A program made the position numbers and the translations under genes. The notes under the pieces are model-generated. The model was not told the origin of the DNA. It searched no databases and saw only the letters and a program-made list of their open reading frames with translations. 64,000 nt of DNA from Kiritimatiellia bacterium (GTDB taxonomy: Bacteria; Verrucomicrobiota; Kiritimatiellia; RFP12; JAAYLN01): positions 27,880 through 91,879 of the forward strand of contig JAGCUY010000001.1 of assembly GCA_017962605.1 (NCBI GenBank). The letters are read 5' to 3'. Within the stretch, counting starts at the first letter, position 1. The number at the start of each line of letters is the position of its first letter. Of the stretch, positions 1 through 7,243 are shown in pieces.

Positions 1-690
1 GAATACGGCGGACGCTGGAAGGCGCTGCACTACGCGGCGCGCCGCTTCTACTCGCCCCTCGCGACCTTCGCCTTCCGCCCTGGCGCCCGGAAGGCGCTTG
101 AGGCGCATGTCGTGTGGGACTTGCCGCTTGCGGTTGACGTCAAGGTGGCCGTCACGCTCCACCGACTGTCCGACGGTATGCCCGCCGGCACTTGGAAGTT
201 CCGCGAAAAGCTCGACCGCGCCGGAACGCGCACATTGCCGCTTCCGGCCGCAGTCGCCGCCGCGCTTCCCGACCGCACCGGCCGCCGCGAGGGCGTGCTG
301 GAAGTCGCGCCCGGACTCGCCTCCGACGCGTGCTTCCTCGTCGTGGAGACTGAAGGCCGCGATTCCCTCGGCCGCGTCTGGCGGCACTGGACAACTGTCG
401 CGCTGGAACCGTGGAAGGCCCTTGACCTGCCGCAGTCCGGCCTTGCCGTGAAATCCGTGGAGTCGGCGAAGGATGAAAAGGGCGCGTTCGACGTGACCCT
501 CACGGCGAAGGCGCCGTCCTTCTTCGCGTGGGCCTCAGTAGCGGACGATTCGACGGGCGTCTTCTCCGACAACCTCGTCACCGTCCTGCCGGATGCGCCG
601 AAAGTCCTGCGCTACCGTCCGGGAACGCCGACCTCGGCCTCATCGCTCCGCCGCCGCATTTCGCTCATCGACCTGCGCGGCTCCTACTGA
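1..690 (+). CDS. Glycoside hydrolase family 2 (beta-mannosidase-like), C-terminal fragment; 5' end lies outside the window
   Basis: Frame 1 is open from nt 1 (EYGGRWKALHYAARRFYSPL...) and continues into the 112..690 ORF to a TGA at 688-690. The GRWKALHY motif is typical of the GH2 beta-mannosidase C-terminal region. Confidence 0.5.
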   Translation, partial: EYGGRWKALHYAARRFYSPLATFAFRPGARKALEAHVVWDLPLAVDVKVAVTLHRLSDGMPAGTWKFREKLDRAGTRTLPLPAAVAAALPDRTGRREGVLEVAPGLASDACFLVVETEGRDSLGRVWRHWTTVALEPWKALDLPQSGLAVKSVESAKDEKGAFDVTLTAKAPSFFAWASVADDSTGVFSDNLVTVLPDAPKVLRYRPGTPTSASSLRRRISLIDLRGSY

Positions 691-910
691 ATCTCGCCGC
701 CTTAGACCCAATAGTCAAATCAATCCGCCAACATGGCGTTCTGCATGCGCCACGCTTCATGGACAACCTGAAGCGTGAGCGGGAAACGGCGTCAAGCGCC
801 ATGTTGCATCCAAACCGCAAAAATCCGGGATGACATTGATCGGTGTGTCGGTCAGTCCGGCTCGTATGTCAGCGCCCCCATATCCCACATCGTAAAACAT
901 CTGTTACTGG

Positions 911-1081
911 ATTACGGAACGGAAGAGCCAGCGACTCTTCGTGAGACTGCGGTGCGGAAATCTTTTGGATCATCTGCAACAATTCGCTAGACCATGGTGC
1001 GGAATTCAAGCGAAGGATAGTCCGCTCGGCATGACAAAACATTCCGCTGAGTCATTAGATTACGGTGCGGAAAATCTTGTC
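911..1081. repeat. Four dispersed direct copies of GAYYRYGG(A/T)(A/G)CGGAA in a low-GC gene-free tract
   Basis: GATTACGGAACGGAAG at about 911, GACTGCGGTGCGGAAA at about 943, GACCATGGTGCGGAAT at about 989, GATTACGGTGCGGAAAA at about 1058. Lies between convergent gene ends. Confidence 0.4.
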
Positions 1082-1496
1082 AATGGGAATGAAAAAGCCA
1101 CGTGTCAGCATTCAACAAGGAGTCGAAGACGGACGCGCGAATATCTTGCGCAAAAACCGCGAAGGCTTTCATGTAGCAGTGACTGTCAAGCAGTCAACCT
1201 GTCTTCAAAAAAAACAAGATGAGCAAGGCTGCTCTACCAATCAGAATAGTAGACGAAACAGACCGAAGTTTAGCATGTAAGATTTTGTCATTTACACATT
1301 GTTAATTACTATCAGAATCTAGAGTTATTTTCCCAATCCTCTGGAAAAAACGACTTAGCCCTCCGTTGTCACACTCCATTATGGCGGTGGGGAAAAGATT
1401 TTGTGCGCGTAACACATCGATTGCTTGCTGTTGCGAATTCACATTGAGAGATCCGCGAACTTCTTTGCCACTATCATCCGTTGCAATGTAGTTGAA

Positions 1497-3251
1497 TCAC
1501 CCTTTTTTTGAAGAAGCCTCCTCGCGTTCTGCTTCTTTCTTGCGTAGCCACCAGCCTTTTGCATGTCCTAATGATAGTATCTGGTCAAATATAAAATATA
1601 CAATAACAGGACCCAACAATAGAGCCATAACAATGCCCGTTATAATATCCGACCATTTCCCATCCCCATCAATATCAACTCCTAATGAGGCCAGAAAGAT
1701 GGGCAAGCATATTCCCAGAAAGAAACAAGCCACAAAGCAACCGCAAGCTTTGAAATCTCTAGAGTCAGACTCCTTAGCCCAACGTTCCTCTTCTTCGCGC
1801 GCTTTGCGTTCAGCTTCTTCGCGAGCCTTCCGTTCCTGCTCCTCCCTTGCCTTGCGTTCCGCTTCTTCTTTGGCTTTGCGCTCCGCCTCTTCGTGGGCCT
1901 TGCGTTCTGCTTCTTCCTTGGCTTTGCGCTCCTGCTCCTCCCTTGCCCTGCGCTCAGCCTCTTCGCGTGTCAGTTTGGCTTTCTTCAAATCGTCCAGCGT
2001 TGCTTCAGTAGTTCTGAGGCTCTCTGCAGCGGCGGCGAAGCGGCCAATCTTGCAAGCTTCATCAGCAACCGCAAGTTCGTCCTCGGCCTGCCCGACGAAC
2101 TTTGCGAACTCTTTGTCTGCGCGGTCTTCGGCTGGAATCGCCTTGACCGCCTTTGTCAGCGCAAGCTTGCGCCGCAAAACATCGGCCTCGCTGATTGCTG
2201 ATGTTGAGTCGTCGGGTTTAGTCGTGTCGGAAATGTTTTCTCTGTGTCTCTGTGCCTCTGTGTGAGAATTACTCTGCGAGCCCTGCGTCTCTGCGTTAGA
2301 AATTGCCTTCACGAACTTCGCGCAACTGCCGAACCGCTCCTTCGGGTTCTTCGCGAGCGCCTTTTGCAGTGCCGCGTTCACGTGCGCGGGGATGCCCTCG
2401 ATCTCATCGGGAGCGCGGGTGAGAACCGCGCTCCGCAGCATTTCCTGATCGACCGCGTCGAAGGGCAGGTAGCCCGACAGCATTTGGTAGGCCATAACAG
2501 CCAGCGAATACTGGTCTGTCGCTGCGCTCTGTCGCCGCGCCTCCCACTGCTCCGGCGCCATGTAGGCCGGAGTCCCGCTCGAGCCAGCGTGGCCGCGCAA
2601 AGACACCCGCGACATCGACGAGCGAACCTCCGCCGCCAGCCCGAAGTCGAGCAGCTGGACGCGGTTCCCGTCCACCTTCACGTTCTCCGGCTTGACGTCG
2701 CGGTGCAGGACTTTCTCGGCATGGGCGTAATCGAGCGCCGAGGCGAGGGGCTGCAAAATGGCCAGTGCCTCGTCGAGCGGCATCGGTGCGCCGTGCCGGC
2801 GGTGAAGAATCTTGGAAAGGTCCTCGCCTTTGGCGAGGTCCATCACAAGGTAGTATTCGCCGGATTTGGGATCCTTCTCCAGCTGGCGTAGACCGGAGAT
2901 CCCAGAGTGGTGGAGGCGAGCCACAATCGCGTAGTTCTCCCGGATGCCCTCCATCTCCGACTCGTTGCGGCTCAGTTCGGGCGGCAGGCACTTGATTGCC
3001 ACCTCGATGCAGCCCACGGTGTCCAGGCACTTGTAAACGACGCCCATGCCGCCCTCGCCCAGTTTGTCAAGCACGGTGTAGCGTCCGAGAAGTTTTTCGC
3101 CAACACGGAGATGCCCACGAGAAGGCGTAATGGGCCCGACCTCTGTCGTCTCGGAACCGAAGGAATGTGATTTGTCGATGTCGGCGCGCAGCGGGCGTAC
3201 CCCACCGGCAGTTGTCGGTATTGAGTTCAAGGAATTGTCGTCGTAGTCCAT
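1497..3251 (-). CDS. Eukaryotic-type Ser/Thr protein kinase with an EEAERKA heptad coiled-coil and a C-terminal two-helix membrane anchor
   Basis: Gly loop LGEGGMGVVY, catalytic HRDVKPENV, DFGLA, APE motifs. A long (EEAERKA[KR])n stretch follows, then a hydrophobic tail CFVACFFLGICLPIFLASLG...IVMALLLGPVIVYFIF. Start placed at MDYDDNSLNS (M26 of the track ORF) by homology with the paralog at 4672-7026. Confidence 0.8.
   Translation of the reverse strand: MDYDDNSLNSIPTTAGGVRPLRADIDKSHSFGSETTEVGPITPSRGHLRVGEKLLGRYTVLDKLGEGGMGVVYKCLDTVGCIEVAIKCLPPELSRNESEMEGIRENYAIVARLHHSGISGLRQLEKDPKSGEYYLVMDLAKGEDLSKILHRRHGAPMPLDEALAILQPLASALDYAHAEKVLHRDVKPENVKVDGNRVQLLDFGLAAEVRSSMSRVSLRGHAGSSGTPAYMAPEQWEARRQSAATDQYSLAVMAYQMLSGYLPFDAVDQEMLRSAVLTRAPDEIEGIPAHVNAALQKALAKNPKERFGSCAKFVKAISNAETQGSQSNSHTEAQRHRENISDTTKPDDSTSAISEADVLRRKLALTKAVKAIPAEDRADKEFAKFVGQAEDELAVADEACKIGRFAAAAESLRTTEATLDDLKKAKLTREEAERRAREEQERKAKEEAERKAHEEAERKAKEEAERKAREEQERKAREEAERKAREEEERWAKESDSRDFKACGCFVACFFLGICLPIFLASLGVDIDGDGKWSDIITGIVMALLLGPVIVYFIFDQILSLGHAKGWWLRKKEAEREEASSKKG
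2239..2267. repeat. (CTCTGTG)3-type 29-nt repeat inside the kinase CDS, encoding SHTEAQRHRE in-frame
   Basis: TCTCTGTGTCTCTGTGCCTCTGTGTGAGA. Identical copies at 5921-5949 and 6371-6399, related copies at 10842-10924. Confidence 0.7.
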
Positions 3252-3292
3252 GTTTAGGTATATTTTAGAATTAAAATGCTGGCGACGCTGGC

Positions 3293-4432
3293 TTACGAAG
3301 CGGTAAAGGCGGGTTCGCGAAGCCATGCGGCAAAGAAGGGGTTGGCAACCCGGCGTTCCTTGCGAACCGACATGACCAGCCCCGTGGCCTCAAGGACTTT
3401 TAGAGCGCTCATGATGCTTGTGTATGTCGGAAGGCCATGCTGCCTCCGATACGCTTCGTCAAATCTGGGCGTCGGCTCTATGGCCAGCGCCGCAAGGACT
3501 ATACGCTGATTAGCTGACAACGGTTCAATCGCGGTCTCAAAAACTCCCGACATGCGGCGGACGCATCTTGCAAGCGCCTCGGTGACCTCCGCCGCCCCGA
3601 TGTCGTCTTTCCCGCTGTATTCGGCAACCTCGCAGACTTCATACCCCAGTGCTTGCAAGTAGTATGGGATGTTCTCCGATCCATCGACAATGGACTCTAT
3701 CGCGCCAGAATCAACATTTACGCCTGCAAGTTCAAACCGGCGACGCAAAAAGGCGACGCTTTCGTCGCGTGGTGGCTTCTCCATCTCAATGACCAGCGCG
3801 GATTGGTAAAACGGGCGGGCGGCATCGCAGAACATCCGCTTCAAAAGATGGGTCTTGCTGCCCAGGTAAATGTAATTCACATTTCGCTGCTGCTGGATGA
3901 CGCTCCTGAAAATGCGTTCAAGGGGAAGCGTCGAGGAGAGGCGGCCGATTTCCTGGAACTCGTCAAAGACGACAACAACGCGCTTTTCAGGAGAGCCGAG
4001 CGATTCCGGCAAAGATAGGACATCCTCCAGCGTCCGCGTGTCAGGAGGCGAGGAGAAGTCAAGGGAGAGTGAGGGTTCGCCCTGGTCTCCGATGGTGATT
4101 TTCGGGCGAAGCCCGCGGAAGAATTTGCCGAGGGCGCCGAGACTTCGGGAAGTCCTGCTCTTCAACGCGAGCGCGGCGGAGGCGTACGATTGGAGGAAAT
4201 GCTCGAGGGAATTGACCTTCATCATGTCGAAGTAGAGACATGCGCGCCCTTCGCGGCGGAGCGATTCGACAACTCTTGCCACAAGCGAAGACTTCCCGTA
4301 GCGCCGGGGGGCGTAGAGCAGGACGTTTTGGCCGCTGCCGACGGCACGGAACAGCTGGTGCTCAATCTCGACCCTATCATAGAACGCATCGCCTGAAACT
4401 ATGGGGCCAAAAAGAAACGGGTTCTTATTCAT
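3293..4432 (-). CDS. Arch_ATPase-type P-loop NTPase (PF01637-like with a DUF234-like C-terminal wHTH/nuclease-like region)
   Basis: Walker A YAPRRYGKSSLV, Walker B VVVFDEFQE. Architecture matches the orphan archaeal-type ATPase family. Sits 41 nt upstream of the kinase start, same strand. Confidence 0.7.
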   Translation of the reverse strand: MNKNPFLFGPIVSGDAFYDRVEIEHQLFRAVGSGQNVLLYAPRRYGKSSLVARVVESLRREGRACLYFDMMKVNSLEHFLQSYASAALALKSRTSRSLGALGKFFRGLRPKITIGDQGEPSLSLDFSSPPDTRTLEDVLSLPESLGSPEKRVVVVFDEFQEIGRLSSTLPLERIFRSVIQQQRNVNYIYLGSKTHLLKRMFCDAARPFYQSALVIEMEKPPRDESVAFLRRRFELAGVNVDSGAIESIVDGSENIPYYLQALGYEVCEVAEYSGKDDIGAAEVTEALARCVRRMSGVFETAIEPLSANQRIVLAALAIEPTPRFDEAYRRQHGLPTYTSIMSALKVLEATGLVMSVRKERRVANPFFAAWLREPAFTAS

Positions 4433-4671
4433 GCCTTACATTGTAGCATACCTGCAGCGATTACGCAAATCGAAGTTACTTGAAATCAAGTCGTCATGAG
4501 CGGAAGGAACGTGCCAATATCTCGCGCGAAGTCCGCGAAGGTATTTATTCTGTTGCGCCTGGCACGGTTAACTGGTGCATGGCAATTTGGGAGGGCAACT
4601 GTCCCCACACGCCGATATTGCGGCAAGAGAGGACATACGCCTTCATTTGCGGCAAGGAAAGATGCCTGTCA

Positions 4672-7026
4672 TTAAACTGGAATCAACGCGACGCGGAAGC
4701 CAAAAAATTCCGAGTATTTGCCTGGGTCGAGCCTGCCCCGGCGGGCCGAACGGCAGACGCAGGCGAAGCCGTCCCACGAACCCCCGCGGCACACGCGGCT
4801 CGTGCCGGAGGCGGGACCGACTGGGTTTGTCACTGTGCCGGCCGGATATGTGCCGTACCTGTCTGCGCACCACTCCCAGACATTGCCGTGCATATCGTAG
4901 AGTCCCCAGGCGTTCGGCTGTTTCTGCTTCACGGGGTGAGTCTTCCCATTGATAAAAAACTCTCCATACCATCCCATGTCGTTGAGATGCCCAGTGCCGC
5001 CGTATGCGCCAGTTGTCCCAGCACGGCATGCATATTCCCACTGCGCCTCGGTCGGCAGTGCCCAGCGTAGGCCGGATTGCGGGGAACGTGCGTTCAGGGT
5101 CTTTAGAAATTCCTGGCAGTCGTCCCACGAGACGCGCTCCACGGGGCGTTGCGCGGAGGTCGTCCCGCCAAATCCGAGAATTTTACCATCGAGAAAGTAT
5201 GATGGGTTGCTCCCCATGACCTCCTCCCACACCCCCTGCGTGATTGGCGTCTCACCCAGCCAAAAACCGTTTGTCAAAATAACTTCATGCCGCCTTTCAT
5301 CTTCATCTCGTTCCTTTTCGTCATCTGGACTGCCCATCCAGAAGAAGTCATGTCCTCTGGTAATTTTCTTCCATGCAACGCTTGTCGTCGCAGGACACCA
5401 GCGGAAGTTCATAGAAACGCCCAAAGCGATTGTCACACTCTTTAATTCACCTGGCCTCGGGTCATGGGCATGGCGCAGCTCTTCTTCCTTTGTCTTTCGT
5501 TCCGCTTCCCTTCGCACTGTTTCTTCCTTTGCCTTGCGTTCCGCTTCCTCGCGTGCTTTACGCTCAGCTTCTTCACGAGCTTTGCGTTCTGCCTCTTCGC
5601 GCGCTTTGCGCTCCTGCTCCTCCCTTGCTTTGCGTTCTGCTTCTTTGCGTGCCTGCTTGGCTTTCTTCAAATCATCCAACGCTGCCTCGGCAACAGTAAG
5701 ACTCTCCGTGGCAGCAGCGAAGCGGCCAAACTTGCAGGCCTCTTCAGCAACCGCAAGTTCTTCCTCGGCCTTGCTTACAAACTTTGAGAACTCCTTGTCT
5801 GTGCGGTCTTCGGCTGGAATCGCCTTGACCGCCTTTGTCAGCGCAAGCTTGCGCCGCAAAACATCAGCCTCGCTGATTGCTGATGTTGAGTCCTCGGGTT
5901 TAGCCGTGTCGGAAATGTTTTCTCTGTGTCTCTGTGCCTCTGTGTGAGAATTTCTCTGCGTGCCCTGCGTATCTGCGTTGGAAATTGCCTCCACAAACTC
6001 CGCGCAACTACTAAAACGCTCTTTCGGATTCTTGGCCAGCGCCGTTTGCAGCGCCGCGTTCACGTGCGCGGGGACATCTTCGACTTCTTCTGGGGCCTCA
6101 CCCTTAACCGTTGCCATCATTATGACAGGGTCGCCGGTCTCGAAGGCACCGGCGAAGGGCGGCGCGCCAGAGAGGAGTTCGTAGGCTACGCATGCAAGCG
6201 CATATTGGTCCGTGCGGCCATCCTGCTTCCGCCCCAGCCACTGCTCAGGCGCCATGTAGGGCCTCGTTCCGCTTGTGTCGCCAGTCTCCGTAGAGATGCG
6301 CGACATAGAGGAGCGTATCTCCGCCGCAAGGCCGAAGTCAAGAATCTGGACGCGAAGTTTAGCCCCATCTTCTCTGTGTCTCTGTGCCTCTGTGTGAGAT
6401 TCCACGTCGCCAAACGTCTCGACCATGATGTTGGCGGGCTTGATATCCCGGTGGACGATTTTCTCGCCGTGCGCGTAGTCAAGCGCCGAGGCGACCTGGC
6501 GCACGACTTCAAGCGCCTGTTCGAGTGGCACGATGCCGTCGGGAAACTGCCTGCGCCACTTGGAGAGCGTCACGCCTGGGGCGTAGTCCATCACCATCAC
6601 GAAGTCACCTGGAGAAAGGTGCAGCTCGCGGCGGACCTCGTCATTCGCGATTGTGATGTCCCGCACGGGATGTAGCACAAGCGCCTTGGCTATGTTCTGA
6701 TGCGTGAGGCGCGAGACGAGTGCGAACTTGGCGCGTAGCGCCTCCATCTCCTCGGGGTTGGACTTCAGCAGAGGGTGCAGCGTCTTCAGCGCCACGTCCA
6801 CGCCAGACACGGTGTCGCGGGCGAGATAGACAACCCCGAACCCGCCGCCGCCAAGTTTGCGCACAAGCTGGTACTGGTCAATCTGCCCCAGCGCCGCGCC
6901 GGGAACGCCTTGCCCGACCATCGTCAGCGCGGAGCCAAGAGATGGCTCGTCGATGTCGATGCGTGACGGTCGCGCCCCACCGGCGGCTGTTGGCATTGAG
7001 TTCAAGGAATTGTCGTCGTAGTCCAT
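4672..7026 (-). CDS. Ser/Thr protein kinase fused to a coiled-coil and a C-terminal formylglycine-generating-enzyme (FGE/SUMF1, PF03781) domain
   Basis: LGGGGFGVVY, HRDIKPANI, DFGLAAE, APE. EEAERKAREE repeats. C-terminus carries WEWCADRYG, RVCRGGSW and GFRVA, which are FGE-sulfatase family signatures. Start at MDYDDNSLNS (M10 of the track ORF). Confidence 0.8.
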   Translation of the reverse strand: MDYDDNSLNSMPTAAGGARPSRIDIDEPSLGSALTMVGQGVPGAALGQIDQYQLVRKLGGGGFGVVYLARDTVSGVDVALKTLHPLLKSNPEEMEALRAKFALVSRLTHQNIAKALVLHPVRDITIANDEVRRELHLSPGDFVMVMDYAPGVTLSKWRRQFPDGIVPLEQALEVVRQVASALDYAHGEKIVHRDIKPANIMVETFGDVESHTEAQRHREDGAKLRVQILDFGLAAEIRSSMSRISTETGDTSGTRPYMAPEQWLGRKQDGRTDQYALACVAYELLSGAPPFAGAFETGDPVIMMATVKGEAPEEVEDVPAHVNAALQTALAKNPKERFSSCAEFVEAISNADTQGTQRNSHTEAQRHRENISDTAKPEDSTSAISEADVLRRKLALTKAVKAIPAEDRTDKEFSKFVSKAEEELAVAEEACKFGRFAAATESLTVAEAALDDLKKAKQARKEAERKAREEQERKAREEAERKAREEAERKAREEAERKAKEETVRREAERKTKEEELRHAHDPRPGELKSVTIALGVSMNFRWCPATTSVAWKKITRGHDFFWMGSPDDEKERDEDERRHEVILTNGFWLGETPITQGVWEEVMGSNPSYFLDGKILGFGGTTSAQRPVERVSWDDCQEFLKTLNARSPQSGLRWALPTEAQWEYACRAGTTGAYGGTGHLNDMGWYGEFFINGKTHPVKQKQPNAWGLYDMHGNVWEWCADRYGTYPAGTVTNPVGPASGTSRVCRGGSWDGFACVCRSARRGRLDPGKYSEFFGFRVALIPV
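5921..5949. repeat. (CTCTGTG)3 repeat copy, in-frame in the kinase linker (orthologous position to 2239-2267)
   Basis: Identical 29-mer with the conserved flank GTCGGAAATGTTT, as in kinase 1. Confidence 0.7.
6371..6399. repeat. (CTCTGTG)3 repeat copy inserted in-frame inside the kinase catalytic domain, just upstream of DFG
   Basis: Same 29-mer with a different flank. Encodes VESHTEAQRHREDGAKL, an insertion absent from kinase 1. Confidence 0.65.
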
Positions 7027-7161
7027 GTGGCAATTATTGTAGCAGATTTTCAAATGGAATTATGAAGTCGAAGAAACCTTCCTGCTCCACGGCCGGGGAA
7101 AGGTTGCCGACATAAACCAGCGCCGTTCGCAAGGATTATCTGCTTGCTCCATTTTGGCAGA

Positions 7162-7204
7162 TTCGGGCGTGAAATTCAAGTTTTTGGAATTTCACGCCCG
7201 AATG
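7162..7204. terminator. Perfect 16-bp-stem inverted repeat; candidate transcript-end or regulatory hairpin
   Basis: ATTCGGGCGTGAAATTC-aagtttttgg-AATTTCACGCCCGAAT, located downstream of the GH78 stop (7244) and upstream of the kinase gene. No strong U-tract. Confidence 0.35.
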
Positions 7205-7243
7205 ATCGGCGCGGTTTGGGTTCTTGTAGGACAAACGGGCTGA

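Noticed and set aside
1492-2265. Plus-strand ORFs 1492-2265 and 4949-5947 with SSRALRSASS repeats.
   Set aside because: They are antisense translations of the EEAERKA coiled-coil codon repeats of the two kinases.
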